Part shown: piece after piece, positions 9,328 to 19,248 of the stretch
How the letters are laid out: the number at the start of each line of letters is the position of its first letter
How positions within the stretch are numbered: position 1 is the first letter of the stretch
DNA from: a bacterium
Lineage (GTDB): Bacteria; Patescibacteriota; Minisyncoccia; Phycocordibacterales; DATDWN01
Direction: 5' to 3'
Length of the DNA stretch: 64,000 nt
Assembly (NCBI GenBank): GCA_037134875.1
Contig: JBAXLH010000003.1
Location: forward strand, 9,644 to 73,643
Program-made: the position numbers and the translations under genes
The notes under the pieces: model-generated
The model's input: only the letters and a program-made list of their open reading frames with translations
Databases searched by the model: none
Told to the model about the DNA's origin: nothing

Positions 9328-9414
9328 ATATGGAGGGGATGTTTATTGTGTCATTTACACGCTCACATAAGAGGGGTATTATAAAGTAAACAAATTAATA
9401 AATAAAACATAATT

Positions 9415-9717
9415 ATGGAATATACAATCTCCAATTTTGTAGACAGACTTTTATTAGAAAAAGGTGTCACCGGGCTTTCTGCAGAAGTAATGACCCAGCT
9501 CAAAAGTGATCTCGAGGACAGAGCAGAGGAAATGGTCAATGCCGAGCTTTTGGCACATATGCCAGAGGACCATCTCGAGGAATTTGAAAAAGTTATTGAT
9601 GGTGGCGATGAAGAAAAAATTCAAGCATTTTGTCGTGAAAAAATTGAAAATCTGGATGAGGTAGTGGCAGGTGCATTGGTTCGACTCCAGAAGATGTATC
9701 TCGAAAACACACTTTAA
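9415..9717 (+). CDS. Hypothetical acidic 100-aa protein
   Basis: ORF only; no motif recognised. Confidence 0.35.
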   Translation: MEYTISNFVDRLLLEKGVTGLSAEVMTQLKSDLEDRAEEMVNAELLAHMPEDHLEEFEKVIDGGDEEKIQAFCREKIENLDEVVAGALVRLQKMYLENTL

Positions 9718-9741
9718 AATTATTGGATTATTTCAAAACAT

Positions 9742-12700
9742 ATGCCTATAGAAACAACAGACCCAGCTTCACAAGAAAATCTCCCAGAAGTATATGAAGA
9801 TATTCCGAAAAAATCTCGTAAAAAGAGAAAAGTAGCTTTTGTTGATACAAGTGAGGCTCTCGAGGTAGAAGCTCGGGATATTGCAGACAGTAGAATGACA
9901 GCATCAAAAGAAGACCTGAAAGGTGTGAAAGGTTTTGTTTCAAAGATTTGGAAACACAATCTGTTCAGAGAGTATTATCGTCAGCGAGAGATTGCACATG
10001 TCAAATCAGACATTGAAGAGTCTGGAAACTTGTATGTTGGTGAAGGTGCGGACAAACGTGTTCACGACAAAGCAATGAATGCTATTGTGGATCGTTTTGT
10101 TGAGGAATATGAGGAGGCAGTGCATACCGAAGCAGGTGAAGAAAAGAAAGTTTTGGATGCAGAAAGTCCAGAATCAAAAAAATTAAACGAATCAATCAGG
10201 ACACTCATCAGAGAATATGCTGGAGGAGCTATTGACGATGCAACTTTTAATGAAGAGAGAAGACGAATTGTAGGAGAGGCAACAGGACTCACTGGAGAAA
10301 AACTCAAAAGTACTGTTGCTCATACCGACAATCTTTTTGAAATTGCTCGCGAGTCAAAATTGGCAGTAGAGCACGGGGCAAGTATTGATGAGATTGATCA
10401 GGAAATCGAGATTATTCTCGGCAAGGCAAAAACTGGTGTACGTACAGAATCAAAATTTAGTACAGTTGATCGTATTACCGCAAAGATTCAGTCGTCGAAA
10501 GTTGGTCAATTTTTAAACGAGACAACAATCGCTTCTGGTGTTGCAATTGCATACAGTGTGACTGTTGGACTCTCACAAAAACTCGCTCGAAGTCGTGCGC
10601 TCGCGTGGGGAACATTTGGATTGTCTGCTGTTGTTGGGGGTGCGATTGCCGGTGCGAGGGAGAGTGTTAAAGTGGAGGATGAAAGAAAACAGCATTCTCG
10701 TGAACGTGCAAAAGGAAAGGAAATGATGAGGGATATGGAGAGGAGGATGGAAATGGAAAAAGGAATTTACAAAACAGCTCCAGCAAAAATTCTCGCAGAG
10801 TCAGTTGTAAACACATCAGAAAAAATCAAAAACGAAGAAGATTTTATGGCGGCGGTGACTTCTCTCTCGGAAACAGAAGCTCGTATTAAACTTTCTGACA
10901 GGGAAAAAATCGATTTGATTTCATATACAAATTTTGAAAAAGTTGAGGAAGAGCGACTTGGTCTCGACATTGCGCGTGCAGAGGCAAAAGTAAATTTGAG
11001 AAAATTGGTAGAGAACGGCACCATCGCACTTCCGGACGGAAAATCATTTGATGAATTTTACACATCGGCAGTCGATACAAAAATAAATGATTTGCGTACA
11101 GGGAAAGAGGGAATAGAAGCGCGAGACAGAATTTTCAAAAAAATGAAGCACAAGAAAGTTGCCGGCGCGGTTGTCAAAGCTGTTGCAACTGGACTTGTTA
11201 TTGGTGGTATTGCTCAAGAGACGTCGGCATTCTTTGATAAAGGCAAAGAAGGATTCTTTGAACATTTGTTTAGAGGGAAAGGAGGAGGCACTCCAAAAAG
11301 TGTTACGGCACTCGAAGGTTTACGACGATGGGTTATGGGGGATCAAATTCCAGCAAGAGGAATTCACAACCTGATTTTGGCAGACGGCTCAAATGTTAAG
11401 TTGCCTGATGGTGTTGAAATTGTTCCAAGTCCAGGCCATGCAGGAGATTTTATTTTTTCAAAAGACGGTGAGGTATTGTCAGACAAAGTTCAGTTTAGTG
11501 GAGGCAAGTTGACCGCCGCATCTGAAGCACTGCTCAAACAGCACGGAGTAAATATTGCAACCGAAATAGACCACATCACAGGCAAAGAAGAGGTTATGAC
11601 TGGACCAAAAGACACTGTTGCAAAAAATCCCGGACTTTTCCACGCTATCAAAAGACAATTTTGGTATGACAATGATACTCCAAAGTCTGATCTCAACGAG
11701 CTCAAAACTCATTTCGGCGGAGTGTCGGGTACTGGTATAGATGCAAAAGGAAATTATGTGATTGATGTAAGCAAAATGACTTCTGATGGATCATTCCATA
11801 ATGATTTGTCAGTAGATGCAAAAGATGCAATTGCTAATGGAAAATTAAAGATTTTGCTTTCGTTGAGCAGAGATACACAGATGACTGCTGTCGAAGTTCC
11901 AGTAGATGCAAATGGTAAGATGATACTCGATCCAAATAGTGATATCGCAAAGATGTTTTTCAAAAACGATGGCGGACATCTCAAGTTTATGGGCAAGTAT
12001 ATGGAAATTGCAGAAGTAAAGGGTTCTGTTGGTGGGGTGGACAACTACAGTGTTCTCTCAACAGCTGTTGGTCCAGGTCAAGAAAGTGTCAAAGGAATCA
12101 AAGATATCGTTGTGGATAGTCCAATCACGACTTTTGGTGTAAAAGATGAGGTGGCAGTTTTCCCGCCGCCGTTTATTCCTTTGTTTGGGAGAAAGCCTTT
12201 GGAGAAAATGACTAATCCTGCTGATGGAGTATATGATGAGACTTACTCTGAACGGGATACTATATATGAAGATCCTCATCAAATTGATCCGCCAATAAAG
12301 ACAACATATGAGGATGAAAGTGGACAAAAGATATATGATGAAAAAAATTATACAGATGAAAAAACAAAATCTGACGAAAAATATGATGAGATAAAAATTC
12401 GATCTAAAGAGGATTCAACTTATGATGAAAAAAAAGAATCTTCTCCTAAACCAGAACATAAAATTGACGCTGAAAAAGTAGAGCAGAGTATTGGTGGAAT
12501 AAAAGAATATCTCAAAAATAAAGCTAATCTTGTAGAGCTAGAGGAGTTGGATAAAGAAATAGGTGAACCGATGTCTTCAAAAACAAAAATGAGTATTGTG
12601 TTGCCATGTTACCGAGAAGGGGCCAATATATACAATACACTCACTGACTGGACTGTAGAACAAAAAGATTTGGATCCAGAAGAGGTTGAAATAATAGTAT

Positions 12701-13923
12701 TTGTGAATGCTCCAAAAAAGAATGAACCACTCGACAAGAAAACAATTTCGGAGATTGAGAGATTTAAAAAAGATCATCCGGGATATAAAGTCAGATTAGT
12801 AAAACATAATTTTGATTTCAAGACTGCAAGAAAAATGGGTGCTATATATAAAATGCCGGCAGATTTGGCTTTGTATCGAAGTGTAAAAAGACTTGATACT
12901 GCTGATCCAAAAGATAAACTTGCAATGTCTGAAACAGTTGCAAACCACCTCTTGCGATGTGGTGGCGCGGATGCGCTCGGTAGAAATCCAAGATTTTTGA
13001 GAGAAACAATTGATTTTCTAGATGAGCATGATGATGTTGAGCAACTCAGAAGTCAGAGTGCATATCCACCAGAAGTTCGAGAACGTTTTCCTTTGTTTAA
13101 TGTTGTCACAGTCTTCAATCATTCTCTCAGCCTTTTGTATACACGAGGCAAGAGTAATATAGGACTTGGAACATTTAGAACAAGAGCATATTCTGAGGCA
13201 GGAGGATTTGATCCTTCTCGTGAATATCGAGAAGAAATAGATTTAGGATCGAGAATTAGAGCAAAAGTTGGTGGTAGAAAAGGAGCCATCAAAAAAATAG
13301 TTAAGAAAAATGCCATCGATAATCCTCGTCGGGAATTGTTTGCTGTCGCTAGGGGAGATACGGCGCTCAGAGCCTATTCGGGTTTTTCGAGTCCACAAAG
13401 AGATACTGAGTTAAGAGAATTTGATTGGAATAAAAAAATGGATCCAGATTTTGAAAAAAATCTAGAATTAAATTCAACAAATTTGAGCAGAGAGTTTGAT
13501 TCCTATTTCCAACATTATACAGGCAAAGTACAACGTGAAAGTGGAACTATTGGCGCAATTCTAAGTGGAAATGTTGATGTTGATTCTAACAGGCTAAACC
13601 CAAGAATGCGTCTGTTGCTTGGAGATCCTGAAATTAGAAATATTGTTGTTGATATAAACAAAAGAACAAAAAATGGAGAAGTAATTGGACGTGATAGTGA
13701 AGAAGCAAATAAAATAAGTGTTAAAATAACAGAACAACTCTTTGACAGAATACTTCGATTGTCGCTGGGTCTAACAAAAGGACAAACTGATGATTATGAA
13801 TATGTTCAGTCAAGATTTAGTGGCAAAACTCATATAAGCTTTGCTTCAAAAGCTGTTGCAAAAATAGAAAATATGTCAAAAAAGAAATGGGCAGATTTTG
13901 ATGGGTATTGGCCAGAAGATTAA
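9742..13923 (+). CDS. Giant (1393 aa) membrane protein with a coiled-coil N-terminal region, transmembrane segments, a Y/D/E/K-rich low-complexity linker and a C-terminal glycosyltransferase family 2-like domain
   Basis: GT2-like signature MSIVLPCYREGANI...VEIIVFVNAPKKNEPLD at about aa 950. Transmembrane helices GVAIAYSVTVGLSQ and AVVKAVATGLVIGGIAQ. YDE-rich repeats at aa 890-930. Confidence 0.55.
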   Translation: MPIETTDPASQENLPEVYEDIPKKSRKKRKVAFVDTSEALEVEARDIADSRMTASKEDLKGVKGFVSKIWKHNLFREYYRQREIAHVKSDIEESGNLYVGEGADKRVHDKAMNAIVDRFVEEYEEAVHTEAGEEKKVLDAESPESKKLNESIRTLIREYAGGAIDDATFNEERRRIVGEATGLTGEKLKSTVAHTDNLFEIARESKLAVEHGASIDEIDQEIEIILGKAKTGVRTESKFSTVDRITAKIQSSKVGQFLNETTIASGVAIAYSVTVGLSQKLARSRALAWGTFGLSAVVGGAIAGARESVKVEDERKQHSRERAKGKEMMRDMERRMEMEKGIYKTAPAKILAESVVNTSEKIKNEEDFMAAVTSLSETEARIKLSDREKIDLISYTNFEKVEEERLGLDIARAEAKVNLRKLVENGTIALPDGKSFDEFYTSAVDTKINDLRTGKEGIEARDRIFKKMKHKKVAGAVVKAVATGLVIGGIAQETSAFFDKGKEGFFEHLFRGKGGGTPKSVTALEGLRRWVMGDQIPARGIHNLILADGSNVKLPDGVEIVPSPGHAGDFIFSKDGEVLSDKVQFSGGKLTAASEALLKQHGVNIATEIDHITGKEEVMTGPKDTVAKNPGLFHAIKRQFWYDNDTPKSDLNELKTHFGGVSGTGIDAKGNYVIDVSKMTSDGSFHNDLSVDAKDAIANGKLKILLSLSRDTQMTAVEVPVDANGKMILDPNSDIAKMFFKNDGGHLKFMGKYMEIAEVKGSVGGVDNYSVLSTAVGPGQESVKGIKDIVVDSPITTFGVKDEVAVFPPPFIPLFGRKPLEKMTNPADGVYDETYSERDTIYEDPHQIDPPIKTTYEDESGQKIYDEKNYTDEKTKSDEKYDEIKIRSKEDSTYDEKKESSPKPEHKIDAEKVEQSIGGIKEYLKNKANLVELEELDKEIGEPMSSKTKMSIVLPCYREGANIYNTLTDWTVEQKDLDPEEVEIIVFVNAPKKNEPLDKKTISEIERFKKDHPGYKVRLVKHNFDFKTARKMGAIYKMPADLALYRSVKRLDTADPKDKLAMSETVANHLLRCGGADALGRNPRFLRETIDFLDEHDDVEQLRSQSAYPPEVRERFPLFNVVTVFNHSLSLLYTRGKSNIGLGTFRTRAYSEAGGFDPSREYREEIDLGSRIRAKVGGRKGAIKKIVKKNAIDNPRRELFAVARGDTALRAYSGFSSPQRDTELREFDWNKKMDPDFEKNLELNSTNLSREFDSYFQHYTGKVQRESGTIGAILSGNVDVDSNRLNPRMRLLLGDPEIRNIVVDINKRTKNGEVIGRDSEEANKISVKITEQLFDRILRLSLGLTKGQTDDYEYVQSRFSGKTHISFASKAVAKIENMSKKKWADFDGYWPED

Positions 13924-13931
13924 AAAACAAG

Positions 13932-14564
13932 TTAAAACTCTCGGGAGTCTCCTTCGACCATTGGAACAAATTCAATATTGTTTGCTGATAGAATTCTCAC
14001 AGGCAGTGTGTGGGCTACACTAGATCGTGTGCCGTCGTGCACAGGAAAGGCTATTTTTGGTTTGAGGAGTAAGGCATAGTCAACCGCTTCACCAATTTTC
14101 ATCCACGGACCGGCGACTGGCAGAGCCAGAATTTCTACTGGTCGTTTTGGGTCTGTAAAATTATCTCCAGGGTACCAGAGTCTCTCATCAATGAAAAAAC
14201 CTATGTTGGACGAAAGGGGAATCGAGCTGTGTATCTCGGCATGTTTTTCTCCTATACCTGTGACTGTTATTTCGCCAATGAGTATATTTTCTCCGTGGCT
14301 GATTTTGGTGTGTGGAACTTTTTCTGCGTCCAATAATGCACTTACAGAATCATTTGCATAAACCAGAGCCTCGGGATTATTTTGCAAGAGTGTTTTGAGC
14401 GATTCCAAATGATAGTGATCCTGATGTTCGTGAGTAAAAAAGATATAGTCAATATCTCGCAGTTTCGAATGTTCCGCCACGGTATAACTACCAGGGTCGG
14501 TGATGATTCTTTTACCTTTGGTCTCAATAAGCAGGCAACAATGGCCAAGTTTTGTGATTTTCAT
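13932..14564 (-). CDS. Metallo-beta-lactamase-fold hydrolase
   Basis: HxHxDH motif FFTHEHQDHYH. Confidence 0.8.
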   Translation of the reverse strand: MKITKLGHCCLLIETKGKRIITDPGSYTVAEHSKLRDIDYIFFTHEHQDHYHLESLKTLLQNNPEALVYANDSVSALLDAEKVPHTKISHGENILIGEITVTGIGEKHAEIHSSIPLSSNIGFFIDERLWYPGDNFTDPKRPVEILALPVAGPWMKIGEAVDYALLLKPKIAFPVHDGTRSSVAHTLPVRILSANNIEFVPMVEGDSREF

Positions 14565-14577
14565 ATAACATTTAAAA

Positions 14578-15093
14578 TTATTTTATTTTTTTATACAAAT
14601 CGAGAGCCTCATTCCATTTATCAGTACCTTGTTTTTGCATATAAGCTATTACTAAATCATAAGAATCTTTCCTCATTAATTCACTAGAAATTTGAGGCCA
14701 CATTCTTTTATATCCAACATGAAGAGTATTTATATCTATGTCTGTGGCTCCCGTAAAAGGATCGGGACAAGCATAAACTATTCTTGAAATTCTATTTAAC
14801 ACAGATGCACCAAAGCACATTAAACATGGTTCTAGGGTTGTATAGATTGTTACTACAGAATTTTTATCCTTGATACATTCCTTTATGAGAGATGAATATT
14901 TAGAAAGTATTTTCATTTCTGCATGAGATACCCAATCTTTATTAGAATGAATGGAATTTCTGTCTTTTCCGATTAATTTACCGTCTATAACCAATACAGC
15001 ACCAACGGGAAAATTTCCTTCATTAAATGAGATTTTCGCCTCATCAATGGCCACTTTCATAAACACATTATCTTCTTCTGAAAAATTATTCAT
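14578..15093 (-). CDS. CMP/dCMP-type zinc deaminase, tRNA adenosine deaminase (TadA)-like
   Basis: HAEMKIL ... TLEPCLMCFGAS (H-A-E / PCxxC zinc motifs). Confidence 0.75.
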   Translation of the reverse strand: MNNFSEEDNVFMKVAIDEAKISFNEGNFPVGAVLVIDGKLIGKDRNSIHSNKDWVSHAEMKILSKYSSLIKECIKDKNSVVTIYTTLEPCLMCFGASVLNRISRIVYACPDPFTGATDIDINTLHVGYKRMWPQISSELMRKDSYDLVIAYMQKQGTDKWNEALDLYKKIK

Positions 15094-15332
15094 ATCAAAA
15101 TCATATCATAGTTTTGAGATTTTATGGTGTGGTCTCTATAATTTTTTCGTTGTCGCGTTCCGACTCTCGCACAAGTACGAAAAAATCTGGAGCAGTCCTG
15201 TGTCCTGGATAATTTTTTCGCCGTCGCTCAAAAATTTCCTTTGGTCCCGGAATATCCTGTCCCAAAAGTAATTTTTTGCTAAAAATTCTTTTGGGCCGGG
15301 CTCGGCTCGCCAGCCTGCGCCTCGCACTAGTG

Positions 15333-15362
15333 CAAAAAATCTCCATACAATGGAGATTTTTA
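15333..15362 (-). terminator. Rho-independent terminator of tRNA-Lys (aaaaatctccat-acaa-tggagattttt)
   Basis: Perfect hairpin plus U-run on the minus strand, directly 3' of the tRNA. Confidence 0.65.
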
Positions 15363-15368
15363 GCCTAG

Positions 15369-15441
15369 TGCGCCCAGTTGGGATCGAACCAACGACTTTC
15401 TCCTTAAAAGGGAGCTACTCTACCGGCTGAGTTATGGGCGC
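15369..15441 (-). tRNA. tRNA-Lys (anticodon UUU)
   Basis: Manual fold. Acceptor GCGCCCA/UGGGCGC; anticodon loop CUUUUAA, as in E. coli tRNA-Lys; T-loop GGUUCGAUCC. No encoded CCA. Confidence 0.85.
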
Positions 15442-15507
15442 AAAACAAACACTCAAAATAACAAATCAAAATCTATCAGAAAAGCCAAAAAAATTCAATT
15501 ACTTCAA

Positions 15508-15861
15508 TTACAATGGATAATCACGAGCCAAGAATCCTGGACCAGTAAACAAAAGGGAAAACAGAATGATTCCTGCGAGAATGTATAACATTTTCTTTTC
15601 CATTGAAACAGAAGAAGATTTTTCTGTCATTTTGAAGTCAAAAATGAGGACGAGGATACCGACTATTGATGTGATCTGTGTGTAGAGTCCTACAAAAAGA
15701 CAGAGTGAAGTGACAAAGTAAATAAGAGATGACCATTTGTAGGGTTTTTGATATCTTTCATATCCGAGCCAGACCAGAATAAGTCCAACACAGACACGGA
15801 GCAAAAACGGTGCCAAAAGTCCGTATGTTAATAATTGTGGAAATGTTGTCAGTGGATGCAT
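15508..15861 (-). CDS. DoxX-like small membrane protein
   Basis: Three or four predicted transmembrane helices. Weak DoxX-family resemblance. Confidence 0.45.
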   Translation of the reverse strand: MHPLTTFPQLLTYGLLAPFLLRVCVGLILVWLGYERYQKPYKWSSLIYFVTSLCLFVGLYTQITSIVGILVLIFDFKMTEKSSSVSMEKKMLYILAGIILFSLLFTGPGFLARDYPL

Positions 15862-15890
15862 ATGTGTATTGTAGTATTTTTTGTGATAGT

Positions 15891-16385
15891 ATGCAATTTG
15901 TTATGAAAGGGAAAAATAAAAAAGTGTATGTGTTGCTCCACAATATTCGCAGTACCCACAATGTCGGCTCTATATTTCGTACAGCGGACGCACTCGGTGT
16001 GACAAAGATTTTTCTCTCTGGATACACACCAACTCCACTCGACAAGTTTGGTCGTGCACGAAAAGATGTGGCAAAGGTAGCGCTCGGTGCCGAGAAAACG
16101 CTCGAATGGGAGTATGCAGAAAATCCAAAAAAAATTTTGGAAAAATTGAAAAAAGAAACATATCAGATTGTGGCTCTGGAGCAGTCACAGGGGTCAGTTG
16201 ATTACAAAAAAGTAAAAATAAAATATCCGGTAGTGTTTGTGGTAGGGAATGAAGTGGATGGAATTTCCGCAGACATTTTGAGTTTGTGTGATACTGTCGC
16301 CGAAATTCCAATGCGAGGAGCCAAGGAATCTCTCAATGTCTCTGTCGCTTTTGGAGTAGGGTTATTCCGAATGCTGAATATTTGA
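15891..16385 (+). CDS. SpoU/TrmH-family RNA 2'-O-methyltransferase
   Basis: SpoU motifs HNVGSIFRTADALGV, VVGNEVDGIS and IPMRGAKESLNVSVAFGV. The ORF track starts at 15810; internal Met at 15891 or 15903 is more likely. Confidence 0.8.
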   Translation: MQFVMKGKNKKVYVLLHNIRSTHNVGSIFRTADALGVTKIFLSGYTPTPLDKFGRARKDVAKVALGAEKTLEWEYAENPKKILEKLKKETYQIVALEQSQGSVDYKKVKIKYPVVFVVGNEVDGISADILSLCDTVAEIPMRGAKESLNVSVAFGVGLFRMLNI

Positions 16386-16430
16386 AAATTTAAATGCTGA
16401 ACATTTTAAAATTCTTTGAAAATTCTTTCT

Positions 16431-16522
16431 CCTCCTGTCTCTCGAGGAGTACGAATATTTGCCTGCTGGCAAATTTCTCAAGTCTCGGCTACCCGCCTGC
16501 GAAGCCTCCTCTCGAGACAGGA
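16431..16522. terminator. Long imperfect inverted repeat (ctcctgtctctcgaggag ... ctcctctcgagacaggag) with a nested tttgcc/ggcaaa hairpin, lying between convergent genes. Probable bidirectional terminator or structured element.
   Basis: Inverted repeat of about 18 bp visible in the sequence. Confidence 0.4.
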
Positions 16523-16544
16523 GTCAACGAATTTTCAAATAGTT

Positions 16545-17384
16545 CTAGTACGTCAAACTGTCCACTAGCTTGCCGTTATTGTCGTAGAGAGCAATATTTT
16601 CACGTTTATCTTTCCAGAGATGATCACTTCTGCCGAGATAGACTCGCCATTCGTGTTGGTAAAAATCTTTGTCACTTTTGTGAGTATCTACACACGAACC
16701 ATAATTTATTTTATCTATAATAAATTTTCTACATTCGTAACTATAATTATTTGGTAACAAATCGGTTTGAATTCTGCACGATGGGAATGAATCTATATAA
16801 TCAAAACAGTTATCATTTTCTACACGGCTTGGTATGGAGGAGAGATCCTCGTTTCGCGGAGCGGGGCAGTTGGTCGAGAGATATGGTACGAATGTTTGAA
16901 ATTGCGACATATAGCCGGAGCATTTGTTGGTCTTGAAACTGTATCCGAGAGGAGACGTTCCGGTGATAACATACACAACATCTTGGTCAGTCAAAAGAAT
17001 ATTGTCGGCAGAGTTTATTGAATTGGCAAAATAAAGGTAAGTGCCTTTTGGAATTTCAACTTCAGAACCACTGCTGAGGCTTTTTATTTTCCAACCGGTA
17101 ATCTGTACGGTACTCGTGGCATTTCCGGACATTCGGAGAGTAACATATTCCTGTGCAGGATTTGTTGACCGCGTGACATACTGGAGCGATACCATTCCTT
17201 TGTATGGAGATTTGTTTTTGTCTGCCTCGAGCTGTAATTTTTGTTTGAGTATGTCTGTTTCGGATTGTTGTACTGCCTGTGAAGTTATTACATTGGTTGT
17301 CTGGGGCATATTTTTTACACCACCAAAGAGGGCAATAGCAACTATCCCGAGGAGAATCATAATACCTATTGTGTTTTCTTCCAT
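16545..17384 (-). CDS. Secreted or membrane-anchored protein with a lamin-tail-domain-like segment and Cys-rich C-terminus
   Basis: N-terminal transmembrane helix. The segment YVTLRMSGNATSTVQITGWKIKS...YLYF resembles the LTD fold motif. Eight Cys in the C-terminal half. Confidence 0.4.
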   Translation of the reverse strand: MEENTIGIMILLGIVAIALFGGVKNMPQTTNVITSQAVQQSETDILKQKLQLEADKNKSPYKGMVSLQYVTRSTNPAQEYVTLRMSGNATSTVQITGWKIKSLSSGSEVEIPKGTYLYFANSINSADNILLTDQDVVYVITGTSPLGYSFKTNKCSGYMSQFQTFVPYLSTNCPAPRNEDLSSIPSRVENDNCFDYIDSFPSCRIQTDLLPNNYSYECRKFIIDKINYGSCVDTHKSDKDFYQHEWRVYLGRSDHLWKDKRENIALYDNNGKLVDSLTY

Positions 17385-17414
17385 ACAATTATTATACCAC
17401 TTTTAAATTATTTT

Positions 17415-18317
17415 TTACTTTTGATGGATACTACAAAAATGTGCGCTTCGTCCGCCGATAATTTTTCGCATAACAATTCCGTCGCAACCCTTTTTCAGAC
17501 ATTTCTGTTTTGTGCATCTGTATACCTTGTGTGAGTTTTGAAATGTTCCTCTTTGTCCAAAAATATTTCGGTAGTCTGACATTGAGTCTCCACCCATTGC
17601 AATTGATTTTGTTAAAATTTCTTTTGTCGCACTAAACATTTTTTTAAACTCCACTCCGGACAAAGTTTTCGGTGTTCGCTCAGGATGGATACCTGCTTGC
17701 CAGAGAATTTCGTCCGAGTAGATGTTGCCAATGCCAGCGATGATGCTCTGGTCCATCAAAACAGTTTTGATTTTTCCATTCGGTTTTTTTGAGATTTGCG
17801 AGATGAATGTCTGGAGGGAGAGGTTATCCAAAGGTTCTGGTCCCAAGCCTACGAGATCTATCACAGTATCGCGTTTGTTTGTTTCAAAGAGAGTTACTTT
17901 TGCAAATTTTCTGGTGTCGGAAAACGCCAAATGTTTTCCGTTTGAAAGTGAAAATGTGAGATGAATAAATCTGTTAAATGGATCTTTGAGTTCCTCTGGT
18001 TCAATTGCTGTCCATTGTTTGTGTTTGAATTCGTATGTGCCGTACAAGAGATGTCCGGTCATTTTCATATGTATCAAAATTGTTTTGCCATGGGTCAAAT
18101 GGATTAAAATATTCTTGCCTCGTCTTTCTGTATTGTTTATTTTTTCGCTAATAATTTCTTTTTTAAACTTTTTGAAAAATGTTTCGTTTTTTATATTGTC
18201 CGTTCTGTTGCTTTTTGCATTCACAAAATAATCAGACCATACGTCGGTAATGGTCAGGCTAGGGAGCACAGTATTCAAACCGGTTATGGTTGTTGTAACT
18301 TCGGGTAATTCTGGCAC
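17415..18317 (-). CDS. mutM: Formamidopyrimidine-DNA glycosylase (Fpg/Nei family)
   Basis: N-terminal MPELPEVTT. C-terminal CxxC...CxxC zinc finger (CTKQKC...CDGIV...FCSIHQK). Confidence 0.85.
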   Translation of the reverse strand: MPELPEVTTTITGLNTVLPSLTITDVWSDYFVNAKSNRTDNIKNETFFKKFKKEIISEKINNTERRGKNILIHLTHGKTILIHMKMTGHLLYGTYEFKHKQWTAIEPEELKDPFNRFIHLTFSLSNGKHLAFSDTRKFAKVTLFETNKRDTVIDLVGLGPEPLDNLSLQTFISQISKKPNGKIKTVLMDQSIIAGIGNIYSDEILWQAGIHPERTPKTLSGVEFKKMFSATKEILTKSIAMGGDSMSDYRNIFGQRGTFQNSHKVYRCTKQKCLKKGCDGIVMRKIIGGRSAHFCSIHQK

Positions 18318-18321
18318 AGTA

Positions 18322-18897
18322 TTATTTTCCTAAATTTTTCAAGGCTGATTTTATTTTTTCGCTCGGAGTATTGCCGACAGCTTTTTTGAGTGCTTCGCGG
18401 GATTCACGTTCGCTGTATCCAAGGGATTTGAGGGCCTCCAGTGTATCAACATCTCCCGACGTAGAGTCGCTACCGTCCTCTGCAAGTTTTTCGATTTTAT
18501 CTCGGAGCTCTACAACAATCTTTTCTGCGTTTTTCCTACCAATGCCGGAGACTTTTGTCAGGTGTCCAGTATCTCCCGATGCTATGGCGTGACGGAGGTT
18601 ACTTAGTGTAGCGACGGAGAGTATTCCGAGGGCTGATTTTGGCCCTATACCAGAGACGGTGAGGAGGAGTTCGAAAAATCGCAATTCTTCCTTTGTGGTA
18701 AAACCATACAGATCGAGGGCATTTTCCCGTACGGCGAGGTATGTCCAGAAAGCAACGGGTTTTTGCAGGTCCTTTTCCAGCAGGGCTGTGTTTGTGTAGA
18801 TTTTGTAGCCAACGCCGGAAATGTCCACAATGACGGAGCGGAGGTCCTGGTCGATGATATTACCTTTGAGATAGCCAATCATACTCGTATTATACAC
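18322..18897 (-). CDS. ruvA: Holliday junction DNA helicase RuvA
   Basis: MIGYLKGNI... OB-fold domain; two helix-hairpin-helix motifs (VSGIGPKSALGIL, VSGIGRKNAEKIV); C-terminal domain. Confidence 0.9.
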   Translation of the reverse strand: MYNTSMIGYLKGNIIDQDLRSVIVDISGVGYKIYTNTALLEKDLQKPVAFWTYLAVRENALDLYGFTTKEELRFFELLLTVSGIGPKSALGILSVATLSNLRHAIASGDTGHLTKVSGIGRKNAEKIVVELRDKIEKLAEDGSDSTSGDVDTLEALKSLGYSERESREALKKAVGNTPSEKIKSALKNLGK

Positions 18898-18936
18898 GTA
18901 TTGCTTTTTTTTGGAATATAATGTAGATTACTCACT

Positions 18937-19200
18937 ATGCCTATAACAACATCAGCAAAAAAAGCTCTCAGAGGTTCAAAAAGAAAGCGAGTTTTTAATC
19001 TTGCAAAAAAAGAGCAAATAAACAAAACAATCAAGAAAATAAAGAAACTTGTTGGCGAAAAGAAGATCAAAGAGGCGCAGGCTCTAATGCCACAGGTTCA
19101 AAAAATCTTGGACAAGTCAGCAAAGACAGGTCTTATTAAAAAGAATTCAGCAAGTCGTAAAAAATCTCGAATTTCCGCTCTTATACGAAAAGCAAAATAA
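18937..19200 (+). CDS. rpsT: 30S ribosomal protein S20
   Basis: Basic 87-aa protein MPITTSAKKALR...KNSASRKKSRI. Terminator follows. Confidence 0.9.
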   Translation: MPITTSAKKALRGSKRKRVFNLAKKEQINKTIKKIKKLVGEKKIKEAQALMPQVQKILDKSAKTGLIKKNSASRKKSRISALIRKAK

Positions 19201-19204
19201 CAAA

Positions 19205-19226
19205 AGACGCCGAAAGGCGTTTTTTG
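19205..19226 (+). terminator. Rho-independent terminator after rpsT (acgcc-gaaa-ggcgt + T5)
   Basis: Hairpin plus U-run. Confidence 0.65.
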
Positions 19227-19248
19227 CTTGTGATATACTATTTATATT

